IMG/VR virus record: IMGVR_UViG_3300010224_000001
Span: 32,001 to 96,000 of that record
Origin: a virus
Direction: 5' to 3' (one strand)
Length of the DNA stretch: 64,000 nt
Within the stretch, counting starts at the first letter, position 1. Each line of letters opens with the position of its first letter. This document shows, piece by piece, positions 27,233-34,971 of the stretch. The notes beneath the pieces are model-generated. The model saw only the letters and a program-made list of their open reading frames with translations. It had not been told where the DNA came from and searched no databases. A program made the position numbers and the translations under genes.

Positions 27233-27544
27233 TTAGCAAATGTTCTTGACCGTAATATCGCCGTTATGATCGAGTTCACGGAAGTAGTGGACTTCCATCA
27301 TAAGCGAGTATTCGCACATCCAACGCGAATCGGCGCCTTTGAGTTTCGTGAGGTGGTTGATGGTGGATGGCTTAACTGAAACACACATCTCCTTGTTGTC
27401 GTGCGTGTATACGAAGTCCATCGGACCGATGTTGGTGAACTCGCTGATTTGATCGAGAGTATAGGTTTCAAAAGAATTCGGAATCTTGACAGCAACCGTG
27501 AACAGGTTTTTCAAAGACAAGAGACCGTGGGCGATGATGTTCAT
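27233..27544 (-). CDS. Hypothetical protein
   Basis: 103 aa with SD AAGGA. Confidence 0.7.
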   Translation of the reverse strand: MNIIAHGLLSLKNLFTVAVKIPNSFETYTLDQISEFTNIGPMDFVYTHDNKEMCVSVKPSTINHLTKLKGADSRWMCEYSLMMEVHYFRELDHNGDITVKNIC

Positions 27545-27627
27545 GAGGTAATCCTTTCAAGTTAATATTTGACAACAGGTTGGCAGACACATTAGAGAGG
27601 GATCTTAGCCCTCTGTGATGTATCCGA

Positions 27628-27927
27628 TTAATAGCAATCGAATGCGATCTTGGTCATGCTGGTAATCAAGACCGCCATGTCTTCAGGACCTTGCTCGACA
27701 CGATAGCCTGCTGCGCGGATAGCTGCCCACCCATGGATGTTGATACGACCATAGGTGGTGAGATGTTCTTCGCACAGTTCGGTAACACGATCGACCTTTT
27801 CCTTCAGGTAGCTAGGAAGTTCTTCGTAGACATCGTAGCTGGTGATAAATTGCATCTTCGGATGATTCACTCCGAGAACGATTTCGTCTGCATCGAGTTC
27901 ACGGATAGCTTGGATGAGATCTTGCAT
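27628..27927 (-). CDS. Hypothetical protein
   Basis: 99 aa with SD AAGGA. Confidence 0.75.
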   Translation of the reverse strand: MQDLIQAIRELDADEIVLGVNHPKMQFITSYDVYEELPSYLKEKVDRVTELCEEHLTTYGRINIHGWAAIRAAGYRVEQGPEDMAVLITSMTKIAFDCY

Positions 27928-27949
27928 TTTGATTTAGTTCCTTTATTAA

Positions 27950-28435
27950 TTATTGATAACGCGGACCGAAGAATTCGAGCAGGTCGTGTTGACTGATACC
28001 TTTATTTTGCATTTTAGACAGAGGATGATCCGCATCGAGTACGAAGATAGCTGGGCGATCTGCTTTACCACGCAGCCTTACTTCAACTCCGAGCATAACG
28101 CTCTCTGCATGGTTAGGCATGCTGTTGGCAATCACCCCCCGAAATTTACCTTCGCAGTCTACGTTGAAGTTCTCGACGTAAAACTTGAAGTCTTTGAAAT
28201 CCACTTCCACCCAGATACCAACCGAGAACGGTACTTCGCGGCCGATTACCGGAATCGGCATGACGGTACGGATGAAGTAACGATCACCGACCCGGCACAG
28301 GTCATCACCGGCGTGCGCAAGCGTTTGTTTCTCTTCTTCGCTCAGTTTCACATAAGCGTCTGGACGAAGAAACTGCGGCTCCAGATTCGTGGTTTCTTTA
28401 CCGCAGCAAGCACATTTTTGTTTACGCATTTCCAT
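27950..28435 (-). CDS. DUF2199-like protein
   Basis: CACCG, DDLC, YFIRTVMPIPV, GIWVEV and DHPL...Q.KGI match my recollection of DUF2199. Confidence 0.7.
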   Translation of the reverse strand: MEMRKQKCACCGKETTNLEPQFLRPDAYVKLSEEEKQTLAHAGDDLCRVGDRYFIRTVMPIPVIGREVPFSVGIWVEVDFKDFKFYVENFNVDCEGKFRGVIANSMPNHAESVMLGVEVRLRGKADRPAIFVLDADHPLSKMQNKGISQHDLLEFFGPRYQ

Positions 28436-28566
28436 GATTAATTCCTTTCAAATCTTTATTAGTTATTAACAACTTAAAAGTTTTCTTAATAAAAACTTCA
28501 TTTACAGAAAATATAATTGCTGAGTATTTAGTTCACTTTTTTTATTCCAATTGGAAATACAGACTC

Positions 28567-28596
28567 TTCGATGAAGGCGATTAAGCCCTCATCGAA
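28567..28596 (-). terminator. Terminator-like hairpin
   Basis: TTCGATGAGGGC/GCCTTCATCGAA stem. Confidence 0.55.
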
Positions 28597-28610
28597 AAGA
28601 ACTGACTGTG

Positions 28611-28937
28611 TTAAATTGCGTAACCGAGGATGCGCAAGTCATCCCGCACATCCACCTGCAGAGTCGTGGCTTTATCACTGATGCCGCTGCTGACCTTGTA
28701 GCCGTAACCCATGATTCGCCACCAACCACCACCCAGCTGGTACAGCTTGGCGCCGCTCATGGTGAGAATCGGTTCGTTGTTTCGCAAAGCCCAGTGAGCG
28801 CCCTGGCTGAAGTCGAGGTTCGGGTTGTTCTGGAATTCACGAGCACCGTATACCAACAACAGCACCTGCTCTTTCTTCAGTTGCAGTTTGATGGAGGTGC
28901 TGTGACGATTCTTTTTCAGCATGATAAATCCTTTCAT
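28611..28937 (-). CDS. Hypothetical protein
   Basis: About 103-108 aa; the start may be the second Met (MLKKNRH). Confidence 0.7.
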   Translation of the reverse strand: MKGFIMLKKNRHSTSIKLQLKKEQVLLLVYGAREFQNNPNLDFSQGAHWALRNNEPILTMSGAKLYQLGGGWWRIMGYGYKVSSGISDKATTLQVDVRDDLRILGYAI

Positions 28938-28965
28938 TATTAAATACTTGTTAAACAGCTATTAT

Positions 28966-29364
28966 TTAATGACAAAATCTTAATTGTTTTGCTACTAAAT
29001 TGTTCTTGCGATAAAAGTCAATACTACCGTTCTCTCCTTCAACGGCATTAACATTAGGGAATTCTCGAGTTACAGTCTTGACTAGAATGCTTCCCAAACC
29101 AATCTTTCGATGTTCTTCTTTTACAAAAGTGTGGATTGTCATGTCATTCTCGAGCAAGCAGATAGCGACTGGAATTACATCTCCTTCATCAGTTTTTCCG
29201 TGACCAATAAGAACTACCTTCTTGACTTCCCCATTCATTGCTTTAGATAAAGCAGGCATAAGCTGCCAACCCAAAATGAACAAATTGGCTACTAGGGCCA
29301 TTGCAGCAAGAACATCATCAGGTTGATCATTGATGAAGTAATAACCCTTTGGTAATGTATTCAT
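28966..29364 (-). CDS. GNAT-fold acetyltransferase-like protein
   Basis: Acetyl-CoA-binding motif A FVKEEHRKIGLGSILV and motif B SIDFYRKN; probable start MNTLPKG. Confidence 0.7.
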   Translation of the reverse strand: MNTLPKGYYFINDQPDDVLAAMALVANLFILGWQLMPALSKAMNGEVKKVVLIGHGKTDEGDVIPVAICLLENDMTIHTFVKEEHRKIGLGSILVKTVTREFPNVNAVEGENGSIDFYRKNNLVAKQLRFCH

Positions 29365-29436
29365 TATCCTTTCTTCCTTAAAGATAAGTTCACTCACTAT
29401 CCCGCTGTATGTCAACGAGATAGTAAGTTACTTGTC

Positions 29437-29829
29437 TTAGTGCGACATACCGTCACCCAGCCAGTAGATCGAACCAGTCTGAGTCAGCACCCGACGCGAT
29501 GCTTTATCGTAACCGATGATCCTGGTAGTAGCACCTTGACCATCAGCGTACTTGATCGTACGGTTCAGGCAGTTGTCGAAGTCTTGATCAACGATACTGC
29601 TGTCGAAACTCCAGCCTTCGAAGATATGAGTCTTGACGACTTTACCACCCAGCTTCAGGTCACGCCGCCATTCGTTCAGTGGTTTCTTGTGACGATTCAA
29701 GAAAGCCACCGTCGCGTTCTTGAACTCCTTGGCACCGTAGTCGTTTTGACCCAGATGCGTTTTGGCGTACAGAACCATGATGTCTTCTTCGCTCATCTCG
29801 AGCAGGTCTTGCATTTTATCTTTGCTCAT
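29437..29829 (-). CDS. Hypothetical protein
   Basis: 130 aa with SD AAGGA; C-terminal VLTQTGSIYWLG. Confidence 0.75.
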   Translation of the reverse strand: MSKDKMQDLLEMSEEDIMVLYAKTHLGQNDYGAKEFKNATVAFLNRHKKPLNEWRRDLKLGGKVVKTHIFEGWSFDSSIVDQDFDNCLNRTIKYADGQGATTRIIGYDKASRRVLTQTGSIYWLGDGMSH

Positions 29830-29871
29830 TTTAGTTCCTTGTTAAAAGCTTGTTGAACAACGGAAAAAATG

Positions 29872-30231
29872 TTACTTGTACGAATCCGGAATTGCGAAGA
29901 TGTGTTGAAGCTGTTCCAGAGTCTGAACGACTCCTTCGGAACCCAGACCAGCTTTCTTCCAGCTTTGACAGATCGCCAAGCTATCTTCGGCCTGATACAT
30001 GATCGCACTAGCCAAGCGGAATACCATTAAATTACCAGTCTTCGTTTTCAGAAGAAAACCTTCGTAGCCGCCGAAAGAATACACAGATTGCATCTGACCG
30101 ACTTCGAGATTTTTCAGAGTATCACTCTTAAGTGCCTTGAGTGCAGTTTCATCGATGTGCACCGCGAAGCCGCTGTTAGCGAATCGCTCCGTGAATGCGT
30201 TATCTGCTGCGACGGAAGTTTTGTTTACCAT
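29872..30231 (-). CDS. Hypothetical protein
   Basis: 119 aa with SD AGGAG. Confidence 0.75.
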   Translation of the reverse strand: MVNKTSVAADNAFTERFANSGFAVHIDETALKALKSDTLKNLEVGQMQSVYSFGGYEGFLLKTKTGNLMVFRLASAIMYQAEDSLAICQSWKKAGLGSEGVVQTLEQLQHIFAIPDSYK

Positions 30232-30253
30232 GATTTACTCCTTTGACCATTAA

Positions 30254-30277
30254 AGCCCAGTCTACGTAGACTGGGCT
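30254..30277. terminator. Perfect palindromic hairpin
   Basis: AGCCCAGTCTACGTAGACTGGGCT between two genes. Confidence 0.55.
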
Positions 30278-30285
30278 ATTTACAT

Positions 30286-30615
30286 TTAAGCAGCTTCGGT
30301 TTTCTCAATCCGTTCTTCGATAGCTGCGGCCGATACGCCAATCACGAAGCCCATCGAGCAGAGAATCAAGAATGGTTTCAATTGAAAACCACCAATTACG
30401 AGCGCTGCAACTTGAGACATGAAGAGGTATGTTCCGCCGAACGACAAGAGAGCCGCCGTCAGGAAGATGGCGAACAAATACCAGCAGTAAACAACTTTGT
30501 CAGCCTTCGGCATTTCCGAGAACGACTTCTCTTCCTTAGCTTTCTTAGCCCGAAGCACATTGATACGAGCAGCATTGATGGTTTTCTTGATGAAGGCAGT
30601 GATCTTAGCAAACAT
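30286..30615 (-). CDS. Two-TM membrane protein
   Basis: 109 aa with SD AGGAG; basic N-terminus, then two hydrophobic helices. Confidence 0.8.
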   Translation of the reverse strand: MFAKITAFIKKTINAARINVLRAKKAKEEKSFSEMPKADKVVYCWYLFAIFLTAALLSFGGTYLFMSQVAALVIGGFQLKPFLILCSMGFVIGVSAAAIEERIEKTEAA

Positions 30616-30679
30616 GGTAAACTCCTTTTATTGATATTAACAACGAAAATGAATAGCATCATTGGTACTATTCACACTA

Positions 30680-30713
30680 GTTATATATAACTGAAAAAAT
30701 CTAGTGCCACATT
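30680..30713 (-). promoter_or_regulatory. Putative early promoter
   Basis: Minus strand AATGTGGCACTAGATTTTTTCAGTTATATATAAC, closely matching 27192-27226. Confidence 0.65.
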
Positions 30714-30752
30714 AGAAAAAGAAAGAACAAGAGGGGTTTCCCCCTCCTGTCT

Positions 30753-30878
30753 TTATTTCTTACTTGGGAACTTCTTATCCAGGTATGCAATGTACTCGTT
30801 CCACATCCGATCCGCGTCACCCATGACTGCACGGAAGCTTTCCACAAAACCATTCATAAAAGCCATTACGTATTTCAT
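30753..30878 (-). CDS. 41-aa peptide (below the ORF-track cutoff)
   Basis: MKYVMAFMNGFVESFRAVMGDADRMWNEYIAYLDKKFPSKK with SD AAGGA, a promoter-like motif upstream and a hairpin downstream. Confidence 0.65.
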   Translation of the reverse strand: MKYVMAFMNGFVESFRAVMGDADRMWNEYIAYLDKKFPSKK

Positions 30879-31006
30879 CTTCATTCCTTTAAAGTTGATA
30901 TTTGAGCGAATAGTTTCTGCTATTCAAATTCAATATACGTAATTGAAATTTTTTAGTTCAATATTCAAACATACGGCATAAAGTCCAGCCTTAGGCCGGA
31001 CCTTTT

Positions 31007-31282
31007 TTAGTTCTGAGAATCTTGTATTGCGTTACGAATCCATGCTAACAGCTGAATGGGTTCATTTTGGTATATAGCAGCTATGTGGATTGCATTCAGT
31101 TCATCAGTAGAATACAACTCTTTGCAGATTTGATAACGATGGAAACCAGTAACCGCTCCATCAGAACCTTTTCCCTGATTAGTACAAAGCATCCATACTT
31201 TCTTCCCATGAATCTCAGTTTCAGCAAACTTAAATGGGCGTGTGGCCGGGAGCACACCTTTACATTGATTATCAGATAACAT
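31007..31282 (-). CDS. Hypothetical protein
   Basis: 91 aa followed by a hairpin and TATGCCG. Confidence 0.65.
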   Translation of the reverse strand: MLSDNQCKGVLPATRPFKFAETEIHGKKVWMLCTNQGKGSDGAVTGFHRYQICKELYSTDELNAIHIAAIYQNEPIQLLAWIRNAIQDSQN

Positions 31283-31299
31283 TGTTACCCCTATAGTTT

Positions 31300-31760
31300 T
31301 TACTTACCCAAAAGGGTTTTCCCCCTTTTGCATTAGAGTCGGATCCCTTCGGGGCTCCTCCTAAGGAGAGGCCCCCTTTCCCCCAAGACCTTTATTCTTG
31401 TTTCTACTATCTTCTTCGTTCTCCACCGTCGAACTCGAAGTTACGCTCGCTTACTCGCTAATTAATAAAGATCATGAGTATTTTTTTACTTTTAGGAAAT
31501 TAATTGAAACAAAGCAATACTTATCGACCCGAGAGGGTCTTTTAAAAGAAAATTTTTTAAGAAGAATAACGAGCCCCTTGAAGGGCTCTTTTCTAGGAAT
31601 AGTAAGATTTTAACCTACAAGAAAACAGACTAGGTATAGATAGGTTTTAAACTCACTCAATCTACCCTAAGGGTAAAGAGATTAAAAAATGTGATATAAA
31701 GGGGCGCGACCGGGGCGGCAGGCAACGGGTCGGGGTGCGGGTGGCGGCAGGCATGCCCCA
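31300..31760. other. Non-coding hairpin-rich/AT-rich segment with a G-rich tract (candidate origin or regulatory locus)
   Basis: Divergent intergenic region with at least six hairpins, AT-rich stretches and five G3-4 runs at 31701-31741. Confidence 0.45.
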
Positions 31761-31843
31761 TACTGTGACTGCCATTTTGTATTTGCCTTTCTGGTGTACA
31801 TGGCAACATGGCTGATGTCATCTAATTCAAAAGGATTCCTGTT

Positions 31844-33019
31844 ATGAAAAATCTGTTTAGTACAATTTTAGGTTTACCTTCTCGTTATGCCGTTGTTTTG
31901 GAATCGGAAGATGTGCTGACCGACTCGACCCCACAGGTTGTCTTCACTGGTCCGTTAGCGGATGTCTTTACGCAAGCATTGGATCAAGTTTTAGCTAAGG
32001 ATTCAGGTGACGGTCAAGATGGTGGTGATCCGACTGTTCCGGATGAACCTGCTCAAGAAACTGGCATCAACATTGAGAACGGTGAACGTGCAGCTCAACC
32101 TGGTGAACAAATCGAACCGATCGAAACTTCGAATCCGCCTGACTTAGTAACGAAGACGGTTCTCGAATCACATCGTTTACATGTCGCTAACGAAGGTATT
32201 GCGGGTGCTGTGCTGGGTTGGGTAGCTGGTGTATTTGGTTGGGGGATTACTGGCGCAGTTCTTTCCCATACCTCTGTTAAACTGAAGAAAGAGATTGAGG
32301 AGCTTTCGCGCGAGCTGGATAAAGCTATTCGCGACAACGGCAAAGAAGCCGTTGAATCGGGTAAGATCAGTGCTGCTGACTTCAAGAAGAATGTCAATGT
32401 CGGCGCCCGTGGCATTCTGCGTGGTTTAATCTTTGGTACGTTCCCAGGCCCCTTCTACGCTGCGTTTAAAGGTAGCGAAGTAGAAGATCTGTATAAAGAA
32501 CTTGCACTGAAGACCAAGCAATTAAATCGTATTCTGGAAGCTGCAAATAAGAAGAAAGATGTTTCTTTAGAATCGCAAGCGCAAGACGCGGTTCTGCTGC
32601 AGACTTTGCAACATGCTCTGACTCCGCAAAAGCCAGACGATGAAGAATACGAAATTCTGTACGCGGTGGATGAGACCCAGATCAATGCAGAAAACGTGAT
32701 CGAAGTTGCTAACCTGCTCAAGACGGAAAATCCAGAAACTGTCAGTGTTCTGATCGACAGTGAACTTCCCTGCAACGATATCTCTGGTGACGTCGCTAGT
32801 GAAGACGCAGTATCGCTGGAAGACGAAGGTGCTGATGCTGTTGTTGTGAAAGCTGACGGTGACAGTACGGAAGAAGTCGTGGAACAAGCTGAAGCTACTC
32901 AAGACAATGTTGAAGATCAAATCAATCCGCTGAAAGTCAGTCTGGAACAACTGGTCCTTGGCATGGGTGGTAAAGTGTACTATTCGTTCGGCGAGTACCT
33001 GGCTTCGCGTCGTAAATAA
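31844..33019 (+). CDS. Putative processed virion head protein
   Basis: Acidic protein with multiple S/A-x-E sites (ANE, SLE x3, ASE) and a central Gly-rich hydrophobic module. Confidence 0.7.
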   Translation: MKNLFSTILGLPSRYAVVLESEDVLTDSTPQVVFTGPLADVFTQALDQVLAKDSGDGQDGGDPTVPDEPAQETGINIENGERAAQPGEQIEPIETSNPPDLVTKTVLESHRLHVANEGIAGAVLGWVAGVFGWGITGAVLSHTSVKLKKEIEELSRELDKAIRDNGKEAVESGKISAADFKKNVNVGARGILRGLIFGTFPGPFYAAFKGSEVEDLYKELALKTKQLNRILEAANKKKDVSLESQAQDAVLLQTLQHALTPQKPDDEEYEILYAVDETQINAENVIEVANLLKTENPETVSVLIDSELPCNDISGDVASEDAVSLEDEGADAVVVKADGDSTEEVVEQAEATQDNVEDQINPLKVSLEQLVLGMGGKVYYSFGEYLASRRK

Positions 33020-33035
33020 TTCATCTTGCATAACT

Positions 33036-33065
33036 AGCTAGTGGTAGAATCTACCACTAGCTTTA
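33036..33065 (+). terminator. Intrinsic terminator
   Basis: AGCTAGTGGTAG/CTACCACTAGCT stem followed by TTATGACGG. Confidence 0.7.
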
Positions 33066-33119
33066 TGACGGCAGCTCTCTCATTCTGTGTAGATACTTCC
33101 GTCCATTAAGGAAAAGAAC

Positions 33120-34490
33120 ATGCAGGACTTAAGCGCGAATGATTTAATTGAGATGGATGCAAATCCATTTCTCGATGAAAACGGTGTACTTGATGAAGAA
33201 GCGTGGAATGAATTCTCGCAACTCATGCTGGAATCGTACTATGCCGACAAAGCCAATAACCAGCCATTAATTAAAGATGTATTCGAACAAGAATGCCGTG
33301 ACTTGATTGTTGGTCCTGAATTAGCTAAACGCATTATTCAGTATCAGTTAGCATTTGTGAATAAGAACGAAGACCACGTGAAGTTCTTTGGTGGTCACCT
33401 AACTGGTGTGCAAGTCGTGCGCTTTGTTACCGCTGACCGTGAAATGTGGTTTGAGAACATTCTAGGTGTTGAAGAAGAAGTCTTACGTCATCGTCTACAT
33501 GCGTTACCTACGGTGCATGCTGAACGTAATGTGGCTTCTGATACCTTCAACATTTCATGCGGTTGGTTAGTGCATGCCATTCTCAATGCGCGTTCGATAC
33601 CTGACACTCTTAAGCATGATGCAATTATTTCGACATTGCTTGTGCTGCAATACAAGTTTATTACCAGTCGTTTGTTTATTCACTTCCGTTTCCCTGCAGA
33701 CCCTGCTGTGGCGGAAGCCGCTTACTCTTCATTGTCTAAGAAATTTGCTTTAAAGCAATATGGTAGCTGGGGTGTGTTACTGAAAGCTCGTGCTGAAAGT
33801 ATTGTGGATCATGCCAGCATCCACTATAACACCTTAATGCGCATGGACAATGACGTAGCGGTTGAGTATTTCTTAAACGACATGAAAACACGTATTAACG
33901 ATATGCTCAAGAACATCGTTAACGTGACTTTCCAAGCCGCCGCAGCTGGCAACAAAATTGTTTCCGTATCTTCCGTGTTGGAGCACGACGGTAAAGAGAT
34001 TTTACGGGACCGTAATAAGAGCTTGACAGTTTACTTACGTTACATCAATTCGATTATCACTGATAAGAACTCATTCATTCGTCCTGAATTGTTAGTGATT
34101 ATCGAGAAGATTATTCTAACGATGCCGCCTAAGTTATTCCGTCAAACTTTGATCTGGATGTCTGAAAACTATCGCTCGGCTAGATCGACCGATATTGAAG
34201 AAGTAGTCAGAGAAATCATGGTACACTGCTTTGATTACTTAGCGCATAATCGTGCAGCAACATCAGATAGTCACGATATTCCTGGACTGTTAGTGAGGTT
34301 ACGCGGTGTGTATACCTCAGCACGATCGACTGATCCTGTTTTGTTAGCATTACGAAGCAAGACAGAGACGCTTGTCAAATTAGCTACAGGTAGCAACAAT
34401 GTAAGTCTTTTACCGCCGGTTCGCACTGGTGTCATGTTGTACATCGTTTTACGTGCATTAACGATGAAGCACTATGTAAACAGCGTATAG
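33120..34490 (+). CDS. Conserved virion structural protein (phiKZ gp32-like by synteny)
   Basis: 456 aa with SD AAGGA; motifs FFGGHLTGV, KQYGSW, RTGVMLY. Confidence 0.75.
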   Translation: MQDLSANDLIEMDANPFLDENGVLDEEAWNEFSQLMLESYYADKANNQPLIKDVFEQECRDLIVGPELAKRIIQYQLAFVNKNEDHVKFFGGHLTGVQVVRFVTADREMWFENILGVEEEVLRHRLHALPTVHAERNVASDTFNISCGWLVHAILNARSIPDTLKHDAIISTLLVLQYKFITSRLFIHFRFPADPAVAEAAYSSLSKKFALKQYGSWGVLLKARAESIVDHASIHYNTLMRMDNDVAVEYFLNDMKTRINDMLKNIVNVTFQAAAAGNKIVSVSSVLEHDGKEILRDRNKSLTVYLRYINSIITDKNSFIRPELLVIIEKIILTMPPKLFRQTLIWMSENYRSARSTDIEEVVREIMVHCFDYLAHNRAATSDSHDIPGLLVRLRGVYTSARSTDPVLLALRSKTETLVKLATGSNNVSLLPPVRTGVMLYIVLRALTMKHYVNSV

Positions 34491-34519
34491 AGCCGCGGGT
34501 TCTATAAGGAACTGAAGCA

Positions 34520-34921
34520 ATGCAATACCTTACGATGTTTATCGGTCTCCTCTTCATGCTCTACGACCGCATCAAGGGAACCAAAACTGTATATGAAATC
34601 TTAGGCCCAAACAACGCCTTAGGTAACTTACAATACACAACGGATTGTGGTTACCAGCTAACGATTTTCTGTCAGCGTAAGGAATATTTGGTGAAATACG
34701 ACAAGTGGTACATTCCGAATCGTAGTCATCGTACGTATCGCGTTATGAGTTTAGCAACTGGTGATGTTCCATGTAAGCTTCAGAAGGCATGTGAACTGGA
34801 TATTGACTTACCCTCGATGGTGTCCAACGTCGCACCAGAAAAGTATATTGCTAAAACGATGATTAACGCTTATCTCGACCTTCTGCAGGCGAAAATTGGT
34901 AAGCTTGAATGTGCAGCATAA
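34520..34921 (+). CDS. Hypothetical protein with hydrophobic N-terminus
   Basis: 133 aa with SD AAGGA. Confidence 0.7.
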   Translation: MQYLTMFIGLLFMLYDRIKGTKTVYEILGPNNALGNLQYTTDCGYQLTIFCQRKEYLVKYDKWYIPNRSHRTYRVMSLATGDVPCKLQKACELDIDLPSMVSNVAPEKYIAKTMINAYLDLLQAKIGKLECAA

Positions 34922-34927
34922 CAGCAT

Positions 34928-34956
34928 AGAGAGGAGGGGATAACCCTCCTCTCTTT
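34928..34956. terminator. Hairpin terminator between convergent genes
   Basis: AGAGAGGAGGG/CCCTCCTCTCT followed by TTATGCCG. Confidence 0.8.
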
Positions 34957-34971
34957 ATGCCGTCTGTTTGA

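Noticed and set aside
21804-30690. Numerous plus-strand ORFs in the accessory region
   Set aside because: Each mirrors a minus-strand gene, and the minus-strand genes carry the SD sequences, promoters and terminators.
31398-31613. 71-aa TTG-start ORF in the strand-switch region
   Set aside because: No SD, low complexity, and it crosses several hairpins.
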